The notes: generated by a model from the sequence alone, not told the origin. A stretch of 64,000 nucleotides of DNA from Octopus sinensis (GCF_006345805.1 NC_043002.1:33294001-33358000); one strand, 5' to 3'; shown: positions 26,720-39,551, counted from the stretch's first letter. Program-made: numbers and translations.

Positions 26720-29700
26720 TTATTATTATTATTATTATTCTATGTTTGACTTTTGCTTTATATTTGTACAAGTTGGCTCCAAGTCTCACCCAGAGACCTC
26801 AAGAGACAACAGGGTTGGAAGTTCATGTTGTTGTTATGCCTAGTGTACCATATATTTGGGGGGTGGGGATGTTGTACTAATGAATGTCTAAAAAAAAAAG
26901 TTTTTTTTTTTTAAACCGAAAATTATGTTTGTTTTAAACCTTGAGATTACATAGAGAGTATTTTGCGTAGGATATGAGCAGTTCCCATGAGCACTATCTT
27001 TTGAACTTCTGCCTATTTTGGGTTTCCTGGTATCTGAGTTAGGTAGCTATCAGCCCCTTTTGCTATCATTCCCAGGGCACCTATGACAACAGGTATTGTT
27101 TTAGTCTTCAGCTTCCACATTTTGCTGATTTCTATTTCAAGATCTTTATATTTGCTCAGTTTTTGGTAGGTCTTGACAGATACGTTTATATCGATTGGGA
27201 CAGTCATATCAATGAGGAGGCATGTTCTTTGTTTGAAGTCTTTCAATATGATGTCTGGCCTATTTGCATCTATCTTCCTGTCAGTTTGAATGGTGAAGTT
27301 CCAGAGGAGTGAGATGTGGTCATTTTCAAGCACTGGGGGTGGTTTGTGTTCCCACCAGTTTTTTTCATGGGGCAAATCCAGGTTTTTACAGATTACCCAG
27401 TGAATATATTGTGCAGCTCTATCGTGCATGTTGAGATACTCTGTAGGCGCTAGAAGACTGCACTTGGAGACCACATGGTCAATGGTTTCATTTTGTTGCT
27501 TGCATACACGACACGTTGGACTGCTTCTGATCTTTAATATGTTGGCCTGGTGGTTTCTTGTTGGTAGGCATTGATCTTGAGCTGCTATGATAAACCCCTC
27601 TGTTTCGGATTTTAAGCCAGAGGCCATTAGCCATTGATGGGTCAGGGCTTTGTCGATATCTGCATTATTCGCTCTCTTTGGGTATTTGCCGTAGAGAGGT
27701 TTTTCTTGCCATTTATTATTCAGAATATCTAAGGCCGCAGTTTTGGCACGGGTTTTCATGCGCCTAGCTTTTTCTGTGATGGTTTCTTGTATGTCTATCT
27801 CTAATTCCGAAATTGGTTGTATTCGGAATTCACTTAGATATTCCTTTGCCTGTTTTGTGACTGAGTATGATGCTTTCTTGTTTTCATGTTTTGAGACAAG
27901 TTTTAACATCCAGTCCTCAGAGTTTTCAGGTAGGTGTCTAGGCCAATTGTAGCAATCTTCATTGTTATTGCCAGTTGCAAAAGACCACGGCCTCCCTCTT
28001 TCTTGGCAGATAGAGTCGTTCTGTATCTGCCTTAGGGTGGTGCATTCTATGCATTGTCAACAGTTTCCTTATTTTTCTGTCGAGCTGACATATTTCAGTA
28101 ATTGACCAGTTAACAATATTGAAACTGTAAGTCACGACTGGTATAGCTAATGCATTGATTGCTTCGATCCTGTTTCTTGCATTCAGCTCTGTCTTGAGTA
28201 TTGCTCTCACTCTTCGATAGCATTCTCTCCTGATCCTTTCCTTCATCTCTGAATGCCTTATTCCGTTCCCTTCAATTACCCTAGGTACTTGTAGCTCTCC
28301 GCTGGGTCTAGTTCTTTTATGACATTCTGTTGGTCAAGGTTAACGTTAGATGTTTCTGTCATTTTTCCTTTGATAAAGGTAGCCTTTGCACATTTTCGAT
28401 CGAGGCCGAATTGCATTCTGATGTCGTCACTGAATTGTTTGACTATCGCTAGTAAGCCCTTGAGTTGTTGATCATTTTTTGCAAAAAGCTTTAAATCATC
28501 CATGTAAACGAGATGATTTATATTTTTATCAAACATTTTATACCCGTACTGCGCGTCATTGAGCAGCTTTGAGAGAGGTATTAAGGATAAACAAAAGAGG
28601 AGTGGTGACAGTGAGTCACCCTGGAAAATGCCACACGAAATTTTTACATCACCAGCATTTAGGGATTCACTGTCACTGTTCAGAGTTAGTGTGGTTCTCC
28701 ATGATCTCATACTTACAGTCAAGAAGTTTCGCAGAGTTGGTGCTATCTTATACATTTCAAGGCATTTCCTAATCCAGCTATGTGGTAGGCTATCAAAAGC
28801 CTTTTTATAGTCTATCCAGGCTATTGATAAGTTTTTGTGTCGTTTGTGACAATCTTCTAAGATCATCTTATTGATGAGTAGTTGGTCTTTACAGCCGTAG
28901 GATCCACGTTTACATCCTTTCTGTTCATTAGGGAATATGCTGCTGTCTGTTAAAAAACTATAGGTATATTCCGTCAGGACAGATGTTAGAGTTTTGTACA
29001 TAGTTGTTAAGCAGGTTATGGGTCTATAGTTTTTTGGTTTAATTGTTTCTTCACTTTTTGGAAGCAGGAATGTTAACCCATTAACTAGCCAAGGAGGCAT
29101 CCTACTAGGGTGTTGCAAAACATCATTGTACAGTTCTGTTAGCAGTTCATGGCTCTCTGGGAAGGCATTCAGCCAGAAGTTAGGAATTTTATCCTTTCCT
29201 GGAGACTTCCATTTGCTTGACCTCCTGAGAGCAGATCTTATATCTTCTACCTTGACACCCTCCCACTTTTGCTCTTCTAAGGGGTCCAGTTCTGTAGATA
29301 TTCTGTCAATCCAGGGGGCCTTTTCGTTGTGTGTTTTTTCTTCTGCCCAGATTTTATTCCAAAATCTCTGCACTTCTTCTTTTGATGGTACAGACCCTGC
29401 AGTAAACGCTGTTTTTCCTATCTTCCTGTAAAAATTTTTGGTGTTATTTTTGAACATGTTGTTGTCCTTGAAAAATCTAACACGCTTTTCATACCTCGCT
29501 ATGCGGGCAGCTTTGGCAGATACCTTTTGTTTGATGGTTTCTATGGTGGCATCAATATCAAGTATAGTTTTCATATTGTATTTTTTCAGTAATTTTGGGG
29601 TTTTTGTAGGTTTGGTAGTCTTGTGAGCCTTAAGGTTTTTCAAATATTCAATGTCAGATCTAAATATTTTAATTTGTTGTTGCAGACGCTCTTGCCAAGA

Positions 29701-29752
29701 AGGCTTTTTGTGGGACTGTTGCCGTTTTCTAATCTTTACACCACATAGGATC

Positions 29753-29753
<1 letters not shown>
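26720..29753 (-). mobile_element. R4/Dong-like non-LTR retrotransposon (RT + CCHC + restriction-like endonuclease), 5'-truncated, copy A
   Basis: RT motifs NYRPITCL, IDYKKAFDS, GIFQGDSLSPLLF, YMDDLKL; CRVC..ETIDHVVSKC; RPDIILKD..LIDMTVP..KLSKYKDL; frame open up to the (AAT)n at the 5' junction; 3' UTR ends in (AAT)n. Confidence 0.95.
26947..29750 (-). pseudogene. Broken ORF of copy A (three 1-bp deletions, one in-frame stop)
   Basis: ORF pieces 28276-29643, 27965-28246 and 27013-27909 join by single-base shifts; TAG at 27013-27015 precedes AEVQKIVLMGTAHILRKILSM*. Confidence 0.9.
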
Positions 29754-29801
<48 letters not shown>

Positions 29802-29823
29802 TATTATTATATTATTATTATTA
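29754..29823. repeat. (TTA)n target array at the 5' junction of copy A
   Basis: Direct read. Confidence 0.95.
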
Positions 29824-29833
29824 AACATGTGTT

Positions 29834-30060
29834 TAAGGCAGCGAACTGACAGAATCGTTAACACGCCGGGCAAAATGCTTAGCGGCATTTCGTGCGTCCT
29901 TACGTTCTGAGTTTAAATCCACCAAGTTCGACTTTGCCTTACATCCTTTTGTGGTCGATAACATAAATACCAATGGAGTACTAGGATCGATGTAATAGAC
30001 TTACCTACTCCCCAGAAAATTGCTGGCCTTGTACCAAAATTTGAAATTATCATTATTATT
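29834..30060 (+). mobile_element. tRNA-derived SINE family B with (ATT)n tail
   Basis: Head AAGGCAGCGAACTGACAGAATCGTTAACACGCCGGGCAAAATGCTTAGCGG; core GACTTTGCCTTACATCCTTTTGTGGTCGATAA; tail GCTGGCCTTGTACCAAAATTTGAA. Confidence 0.8.
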
Positions 30061-30516
30061 ATATCTGTGTTTATTTGATATTAAGACTGAAAAAATCAAC
30101 CTTGTTTGTAAAAAAATTTAAACCTGGATTTGCACCCTCTAAGCAAATTTCGTTCCCGCTCTTATGTAGTTTGGCGTATATAATGACTTATTTTGGTTTT
30201 TATAATAACGTATTCTTCTGATAATTGATATAATGAACTATAGCTTCTTTCTATAATAAAGAATAGTTTATGTATGAAGGTACATTGCGAGATAATTTAG
30301 TGTATATAGAAATATTGAATTTCTAAATGTCTCATAGAGACATGAACGGTGGTGGAGCGATAGAGTGGTTGCATAATGTCAACATAACGTGACGGTCTCG
30401 TAAAGGGAATTACACCACCGCTATACAGCCCTAGGAAGCATCGACGTTTCCTATCGGTTTTGACACATTTCCTGTGTCCTTATATTTGCAAAGGGGAGGC
30501 AAGCACCCCCACCAGC

Positions 30517-30580
30517 TAGGACTAGCAACGTGAATACATGCATGTTTCTGGGTCTTTCCCGTCATCAGTCCAGGGTAGCG
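30517..30580 (-). ncRNA. Type I hammerhead ribozyme fold
   Basis: Minus strand TGGA-CTGATGA-C-GGG-AAAGA-CCC-A-GAA-ACATGCATGT-A-TTCA: stem I TGGA/TTCA, stem II GGG/CCC, palindromic stem III, GUA site. Confidence 0.65.
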
Positions 30581-30659
30581 AGTTCCCGTTAGCAGTGACA
30601 CTTGCCAAGCCTCCGCAAGCCTCTTTAGTGTATTTAGTAATTTTTATAGTTTTTCTGTG

Positions 30660-30875
30660 TATAATACTTTCTACTATCGACAGAAGGCATAAAGAGATAA
30701 GTCAATCGCATTGAATCCTGCGCTCTTACAGGCATTTATTTTGTCGATCCTGAAAGAATTAAAGGTAACGGTCGACCGTAGCGGAATTTGAACTCAGAAC
30801 GTAAAGAGCCGAAAGAAAATGTTGGTAAGTGGTTTGCCTAGTATAATTATGGTTCTGCCTGCTGGCGGCCTTTTT
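30660..30875 (-). mobile_element. Degenerate SINE family B
   Basis: GCGGAATTTGAACTCAGAACGTAAAG and TTGTCGATCCTGAAAG match the reverse complement of family B. Confidence 0.6.
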
Positions 30876-31446
30876 CTGTGTATGATAACGAAGAAAGAAA
30901 AAAAATTTAAGTGAAGGGAAGATGCATTGACTCATATCTAATTTTCCATTGATCTGATTCTACGAAAATGTTCTATGAAAGACTGCTCAACATAAACCAC
31001 GTGATACTAACACTAGTCACGTGTTACACAATAAGAAACTCTCCATTCAGTCATTCTTAGCTACGGCTTGCCATTCTTCTTGCACGCTACATAATACACG
31101 CATACAATAATAGGCAGGCCGTGCCATTCAAAAGTATACCACGTGGTTCATGCATCAGTCACGTGCTATTATGCCACGTCGTTATAACATATAGGTTCAG
31201 TCACTATAAATGTCACCACCACCACCACCACCACTACTACGATAAATCATTTGATCACAAGAATTTGTTATAGTTTGATGTAAAGAGAAGAGGAAATAAC
31301 GTCGTTGTGTATTGAAGCAGCAGAGCATTGTGGGAAGTAATGGAATTAACGCCATTTTGTTAGTGTTTTCATCAAAGAATTTATAACTTTACTACTGCAC
31401 CTTCAATGACCAAGTTGAATAATGTAATTATCGATTTCTGTGCGGA

Positions 31447-31940
31447 TGTATATGCATGTGTGTGTGTGTGTGTGTGTGTGAATGTGTGTGTGTGTGTTTG
31501 TGCGTGTTTTAGTCGGTGAGTGTCTGTGTGTCGAGATAGATGTCTCTGTAGGTGTCTTTCTGTGAGAGGAGAATGTGTCGTCTGTTTCTGGATGTGCGTC
31601 TGAGTATGTGTGTGTATGTGTGTGTGTGTGTGTGTGTGTGTTTGTGTGCATGTGTGTGTGTCTGCACGCACGACAGAGAGCGAAAAAGAGAGAGAGAGAG
31701 AGCTTGTTTGTATATGTGTGGTGTGTATGTATCTGTATGTGATGCGAGTGTATATCTTATGTGTGTGTGTATGTGTGTGTAGACATGTATATGCGAGCAC
31801 TTGTGTACATTTATGTGTATGTGCGTATCCCTTTGCGTGCGGTGTGTAGGTGTTCATGTTTGTGCGTTTGTGCCTGTGTTTGGTGTGTGAGGGTGCGTGC
31901 ACGCACACGTGTGTTTGTGTGTGTGTGTGTGTGTGTGTTT
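31447..31940. repeat. TG-rich low-complexity block with a short (AG)n
   Basis: Direct read. Confidence 0.85.
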
Positions 31941-34558
31941 GACAGAAATACATTATTCAGTTTGTCATCGGAAATGAGTTTAATGACAATCGATATTCTA
32001 TCGTCGTCACTACCGTCTCAGCCGTCACCACCATCGACGTTGTTGTCATCATTATAGTAGTAGTAGTAATAGTAGTAGTAGTAATAGGAGGCGGAGGAGG
32101 AGGAGGAGAGGGTGGCGGTCGTGGTAATAGAGGCGGCAGCGGTTGCGTTAGATGGCGGAGGTGATAATATAGGCGGCGATGACGGGGGTAATGGTAGTGG
32201 TGGTGGTGGTGGTGGTGGTGGTGGTGGTGGTGGTGGTGGTGGTGGTGGCGGTGGTAGTCTTCATGTTTTTATAGTGTTATTTTACACCCGGCGGAATAGA
32301 CTAGAGCAAATATTTCTTCAGTTAATGATCCAATCTAAGTGAATGAAAAACGCACTTCTTTTTCTTTCTTTTCTTTTTCCATCTTATTGATCTATTGAGA
32401 CAATTTGTTCGGGTGTAACAGGGTTCGAGTACAAACCCCGGCAGTGTATATAAGGGTTACACTGGTATCTGAATTGTATCATAGATAGCAAGGGAACGAA
32501 ACAGGGGTATATTGGAAGAAATACATTATCTAAAGTATGTTTTTTTAAACCGCAATAAACACTAACAGCAACAACAATTATTACAAGTCGAAGAGGAAAC
32601 CTCAACTCAGTTGTTCGATCAGCTAAAAATTGTAGTCGTATCTCTCTTAAACTATACGTTACAGTCCTTAATAAAAGAGGTCACAGAGGAGTGGCTAATA
32701 GTGGCTTTGGTACACAAAAAGAGGGTTGATTACAGCTGAATTTGCTCAATAAGGTTTTTCCAGGAGTTAAACAACAACAGTATTAGCACCAGCAACAACA
32801 AAAATAACTGCAACAACACAAGTTTTAATTAGTATCTACAATAATTAGCTTGAAAGGTAATTACATTACTTTAAAGTGATACAATCCAATCCCTAACTTC
32901 AAGCTTCGTTCCCTCTCCTTCTTTCCCATAGCAAGTTCCTTCTCTTTCTCCTCCTCATGAAATATTTATTCTATGTATTGCATTTGATGTGTTCACAGGA
33001 ATACCCAAGGAACCTTCTACGTGGTTGCTCGACTTTCAAGAAATAGTAGCTCAATTTTTCTCTAGTCTATTAAAAAGATGGAGTAGTGACAACTAGAACG
33101 TCTTTTATTATCTGTTTGTTCTGTCTGGCCTGACTTGAGTCTAAACAAGAACAGCACTTATACAGTGGACATTATTTATTTGCCTTTTTATCGATTTCAT
33201 ACAAAATAAAGTAAAGATGATTATCAGTTTTTATGGTGGGTTAGTGTTGGTTTAGTAATGGTAAGACAACTCTAACTAGGTGGCGCTACTATACTGACTC
33301 CATCACCCCCACCTCACTGACCCCCTTTCCTCGAAAAAATTGTGATTATAGTTGATGTTGGTCCAATAACTATGACTAATTTAAAGGAACCAAATTGAAA
33401 CAGTTGTTTGACAGGTTGGGAAGTAATTATTATTATATAGTCGATTGGAAACAATTAACTGCTGATTGGTTGATTGATATATGAGTAGTCAACTCATGTT
33501 GATTTTTAATTAGTTACTGATGGCATCTTTCACAGGTTTACTCTTTTGCAGCCAGTTTGTCCCGATCGCCAGTTTTCTCCCTGCTCAAAATGTTTGCAGC
33601 AGTTCAAATCAGACATCACTCTCATCAGTCTGACAACTCTGGTGACATTTAAAACCATGATGGGAATTTCCTCTCCTCTCCTGACTAATTTATAAAGCAT
33701 AAATGATCAAGGTGTTTCAGTACCTCAGAGATGGGAAAGTCTCACACCTAAAATCAAGATCATGAAATTTACTAACACCAAAAATGACCAACTCCACAGA
33801 CACATTTAGACGTCGCAGCAACACAACAGGCACCTATCTATTTAAAAACTCATTAAGCTAACTAGCTTTCTCCCATCTATTCTAAAAACACAACTACACA
33901 ACAAAATAGCTGCCTACGTAAATGGTTTAACAAAAAAAAATTATTCTGTTAGCTTCCGAAACCTTAAAAAAATAAGACTCCCACACAATCCGAATCCATT
34001 CTGCCCATTTCTGCAGCCACCATTCCCTATGTTTCAATTGTACGCGAACAGGCTGACCAGTAAAAGAAACACACCTAGCTTTACAGTTCAAAAAAGCCAC
34101 AGTATGAAAAATATAGAGAATAATGATAGTCCAGACTGAAGTATGACAAAGCATAGACGAGACAAGATAGAGAAGCTTCTAATCATTCTATTGGTTAACT
34201 CTCAGCATTGATGTATTCGATCATTACTCACCAGACCGACAACAATAGCAGCAAAAATTCTAACAATATTCCTCACTATACCATCAACAATTTTTTGTAC
34301 CCGCCTCCTAGGGTTTGAACTCAGAAAGTTATAAATGCTATCTTCAGTATTCCCTCAACTTTTTTTCATCTTACTCCCAATATATTCCAGAATTAAAAAA
34401 CCATAACGACTCAAACTAATAGCTGGAGATGATTACGCAGAGGGGAGCTTAAGAGTGTTATAGGAGAAAAACTAAACGTAGTGACTTTGATGTTTTTCGA
34501 AAAAGTGACAGTAAATGGCTTGTGGGAATGTGTTGCAAATTAGAAACAAAATTGCGCT

Positions 34559-34786
34559 GAGACCATAATATTCAGCAGCAAATATAAAACTGGGTGGAGA
34601 TTATAGCGCTCTCTACCAGTAGAAAATCCATATTGAGATCAAAGCGCCCTCTACTAATAACAAAACAAATACAAGATAATAGAGCCCTCAATAAATAATA
34701 AAACCAACATGAGATCATAGCGCCCTCTACCTTTAAGTAAACTAAGTCGAGATCATAGCGCTCTCAACTAATAACAAGAGTAAGTT
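34559..34786. repeat. 38-bp-period array: 20-bp conserved core plus 18-bp variable spacer
   Basis: Cores start at 34559 (degenerate), 34597, 34635, 34673, 34711 and 34749; consensus GAGATCATAGCGCCCTCTAC. Confidence 0.85.
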
Positions 34787-37429
34787 GTCGCATCAACCAG
34801 GAACAATAACAATACTATGATATCCGCTAATAATAACAAACAAGATAGTATTCACAACATCCTTTACAAATAACATAACCAATTTGTAGCAGAAGCATCC
34901 TCTACTGATAGCAAAACTGGATTGTGGCCGCTGCATCCGCTTCAATTTTCTAGAAAAGACAACCAATTGTAGCACTTTTGATCATCATTATTTAGTTGTG
35001 AATCAGAGAAACGGCCTTTTGCTGCTTCCTGCGTTATGCTAACACAGGAAATAACAGGGACACTGATAAAGGTGTACCTACAGGAATCTTTGATCACATG
35101 CAAATATTCAGCCTTTCAAATGTATATTAATCCTTGCAGCTTAGGGGAGAACCTTACCTTAGACAAATATAAATCCTGAACTAACATTTGCCATCTTACT
35201 TGTTTACAGCTGCATAGACTGACTTAGTTAAGTGTTACGTCTGCTGTAAAGTAATAGCATCGATAACAGCGTTCGAACCTATGACTTGTCTATCAAGTTT
35301 ATGCAATACCTGGTACAACAAATCGGAGAACCACGTCTAGTGGCTCGATATGTAGCCATTTGATTGAGGTCTTCTTGATCAGGACTGACTTGGGACCACA
35401 CAACAACAACATTACTACCACTACCACCACTACCATCATCACCACCACCACCACCACCCTAACAACAACAACAGCAGTAGCAACAGCATAATGACTCTCC
35501 TAGCTAAGATTTGGGAAGTGTCATTGAATCAGTACTAGAGAACAGTTGATGTTACACCATCTCATTCCAAAATTTAGAAATAAATTTAAACAGTATTTTT
35601 TCCTCTACGTAGTAACTGTCGCAAGGAATGATTTATTGTTCTGCTTTAATCTACATGCTCTAGTTTAACGTAAACCGATAATTTTATTTCAGAAAATTAT
35701 TAATAATTCATACCTTACAATTGTTTATCTATTGATTTTGAAGCTGTAGCATTTATTATAGTTTATTTCCTGTTTTGTGCATAGCTGCTTTATCCTTTAT
35801 TCTACATCCGGGTAACATATTTTTTCTTTCTCTTTTGGCGCTCATCCAAGCAACCCACTTAAGCACAATGATAAATACTGCATGTGTTTACAGTATTAAC
35901 CCGTGTACAATATGTTCAGTACTTACATCTCTATCTATAACTCTCTTTTGAAAGGTTGACTCAATAATTTCGACTATATACTGTCTATAAAATATACATA
36001 ACTCTTCCCAGCGTAAGACAAAAGCAGTCTTTATTTTCATGTTAGGTTATATTTAGTGAAAATATGAAAACTGCCAAATAGACAAAAGAAAAAAAAATGT
36101 CGTAGATTACATAAATAAAACGATAATCACGTAACGGGGAGTAGGGAAGAAGTAAACACAGACATGAAGTTATTGTCTATTGTAATTGAAATATTTCCGA
36201 AGATTCTGTAATGCCTGCCGTGCAACAGGAGGAAACCTACTGGCAGTTTTAGATCTTAATCTGGCTTTCATTTATTATCAGTAATATATGTAAAGACCGT
36301 TTTCATAGATTACATCTCGTTCCCCTATGAAAATTAGTTTGGGCAAATGTAAGAAACCAGAGCTAAAGGAGGGATGAATTAGTAATAACGATGAGCCTTA
36401 AATCAAACTACTTTTTAATGTATAACATAATGGTTTCTCATTCTTAATATAAAACACAAGATATTCAATTGGGATTAGGTAACATTTATATATTTCCAAC
36501 GAAATAGTATTGTTGTATACATAATGAAACGCTCTATAACTTCAGTCACTTACAATGACCAACAGTTAGGCAATGTGTCGGATTTGAACTCAGGACATGT
36601 AGGAGTGAGGAATGACCTTATACATTCAAAGTCCATATCGTACGAAGGATTATTTGTTTTCCTTATTCCTCTGAGGACTACGTGTATGTGTTGAGCTCGG
36701 TTAATTCCACATTTGTAAATTTTCGCCTCCATGAGAAATCACCAGGTATTTTCTACCCTCATCATTTGACGTTGCGATGTCTCCAGCCTTCACCTTGCTT
36801 TTCATTCACAAGTAACGCTAATACACAGGTCCCATCGGTTTTTACTTTCTTCTTTTTTAAAAAAATGTTCCAAGCTGAAGGAAAATAAATTGTCCTTCAT
36901 GTTCCAAGCTGAAGGAACATGATCATGTTCTAAACTGAAGGAAAATAAATTTTCAGTCGAATGAACTGTGATTCGGTGTCAATTCAAGATAAAACCAATT
37001 TATCTTCGTTGAACTGTTCATACCTTTCTACATGGCGACTTCCTATTTACCTTTATCGATACATTGGTACTTTATGCCGAGACTAAATAAAACCGTTAGT
37101 CTAACTTGATTGAATTTTGTCTCTTATTTGGGAGTTCACATCTTATTGGAATGAAAATCACTTTCCATCATCACCAGAGAACAACTACATGTGCATCAGT
37201 AATATATTATGAAAAATTTATCTCGCCTGTTGACCTTCAATAGAAAAAAAGAAGAAAAAACAGACCAGTTTCTTGAAAAAGAAATCAGTATTATACTAAA
37301 TCTCAAGATATTTGTCCAATGCACACACATACACGCACACACATTTATTTATTTCATCTATTTCATCTAGTTTCAGCTCACGAGCTGTGACTAGGCTGGA
37401 GCACCGCCATAAAATAAACTGTGCGCTCG

Positions 37430-37840
37430 CAGAGGGACATGCACACATACACACACATACATGTACACATATACACGCACACTAATACACACATTCCACT
37501 CATAAATACAAACATACATACATATATATGTACATAAAAGCATAGGCATATTCATAGACACATAAAAATACATTCATACATATACATACATAAATGCATA
37601 CACACATACATGCATAAACATATATAAACATACATACATAAATACGTACATACAAACATGCATACATACGTATGTACGTACATACATAAAACATGCACAA
37701 CATATACACTCATATTCATACATAAATACATACAAACATACATACATATATAGGTACATACATACATACATACATACATACATACATACATACATACATA
37801 CATACATACATACATACATACATACATACATACATACGTA
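37430..37840. repeat. (TACA)n-rich low-complexity block
   Basis: Direct read. Confidence 0.9.
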
Positions 37841-38555
37841 AGTGCTTAGACGCAGACATGTACATTTATACACAGACACAACATCCATTGGGTAATTGTG
37901 CAATTACTGTTTTTAATAGGGTTGTGAAGTCAGCCATCTTAACTTTTCTAAACTGACCGTTTTCGTTTGGTGAGATAGGAGTTACTGTCATGCTGTAGAG
38001 AAGGAAGCATATCTCACTAAAGTACTATTGACTAAGAGAGAAATTACATATTGACGCCATTCGCATGAAGCAAGATAAGTTAGTGTTAACATAAAATTGT
38101 GTAAAAAGAAAAGAAAATGTCTTCAATTGATTAAAATTACAGTTATAATAATAAGGAAGTCTAGTCTCAATGTCTAATGGCAATTAGATCTAATCAACGT
38201 CAAGAACCGACAACTCCAAAACTTTAATTAATTAAAATTTTAATTACACATATAGTAAACAGACCAACATATTAACTCTACGATTACCATTTATGCAATC
38301 CTTGGCCAGTAACATCAACAGCAGGCATGCCGCTTCAGCTAATCATAGCCTTTTTCAGAGTTTGAAAAATATCCTGATAGTGAATCATAAAGTTTGTTAA
38401 CACTCAGCTATTGTGTTTTTATGGCAATGGCGTCCCTGAATAAATTCACTCATTAAGTTGCTACAACAACTCCTAAATATTGCTAGTGTATGTATGTGTG
38501 TATGTTATATATATATATATATATATATACATGTGTGTATATTACTATGTAGATT

Positions 38556-38755
38556 TTGGTTTCAAATTTTGGTACCAACCCAGCAATTTTGGGGCAGCGG
38601 GTAAGCAGATTACATCGATCCCAGTGCTCAGCTCGTATCCAAAAGGATGAAAGGCAAAGTCAGCCTCGGCGAAATTTGAGTTCAGGACAGAAAGTCAGAC
38701 GAAATACCGCTAAGCATTTTCCCCAGCGTACTAAAGATTCTGCCTAAACGCCTCG
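38556..38755 (-). mobile_element. SINE family B
   Basis: AAAAGGATGAAAGGCAAAGTC, GAAATTTGAGTTCAG and GAAATACCGCTAAGCATTT are the reverse complement of family B. Confidence 0.8.
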
Positions 38756-38767
38756 TATACATATATA

Positions 38768-38804
<37 letters not shown>

Positions 38805-38807
<3 letters not shown>

Positions 38808-39163
38808 TCTTTACTCTATACCCTTTTACTTGTTTCAGTCATTTGACTGTAGACATGCTAGAGCACCGCCTTTAGTCGAACAAATCGACCCCAGCACTTA
38901 TTCTTTGTAAGCCTAATACTTATTCTATCGGTCATTTTGCCGAACCGCTAAGTTTCTGGGACATAAACACACCAACATCGGTTGCCAAGCGATGGTGGGC
39001 GGAACAAACACAGCCACAAAGACACTACTAAATCTACTCACAAGGCTTTGATCGGTCCGAGACTATAGTAGAAGACACTTGCCCAAGGTGCCATGCAGTA
39101 GGACTGAACCTGGAACCATGTGGTTGGGAAGCAAGTTTCTAACCACACAGCCACACCTGCGCC
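38805..39163 (-). mobile_element. SINE family A with internal deletion
   Basis: Head ends ACCACACAGCCACACCTGCGCC; tail TTTTACTTGTTTCAGTCATTTGACTG. Confidence 0.9.
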
Positions 39164-39180
39164 TATATATATATATATAT

Positions 39181-39551
39181 AGCTGGCAGAGTCGTTAGCA
39201 CGCCGGGCGAAATGCTTAGCGGTATTTCGGCTGCCGTTACGTTGTGAGTTCAAATTCCGCCGAGGTCGACTTTGCCTTTCATCCTTTCAGGGTCGATAAA
39301 TTAAGTACCAGTTACGCACTGGGGTCAATCGACTTAATACCTATGTCTGTCCATGTTTGTCCCCTCTATGTTTAGCCCCTTGTGGGTAATAAAGAAATAG
39401 GTATTTCGTCTGTCGTTACGTTCTGAGTTCAAATTCCGCCGAGGTCGACTTTGCCTTTCATCCTTTCGGGGTCGATAAATTAAGTACCAGTTACGCACTG
39501 GGGTCGATGTAAACGACTTTATCCCTTTGTCTGTCCTTGTTTGGCCCCTTG
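39181..39551 (+). mobile_element. SINE family B with internal tandem duplication and Tx1-like tail
   Basis: Segment GGTATTTCG...TTACGTT.TGAGTTCAAATTCCGCCGAGGTCGACTTTGCCTTTCATCCTTTC.GGGTCGATAAATTAAGTACCAG occurs twice; the core resembles the conserved domain of Sauria/Meta-type SINEs (recalled, not searched). Confidence 0.85.

Noticed and set aside
26890-26912. A10-G-T12 hairpin as a terminator
   Set aside because: Lies in a LINE 3' UTR of a eukaryote; homopolymer lengths are unreliable
34559-34786. True CRISPR array
   Set aside because: No cas genes, 18-bp spacers, variable repeats and a eukaryotic repeat landscape; kept as a finding for its periodic architecture only
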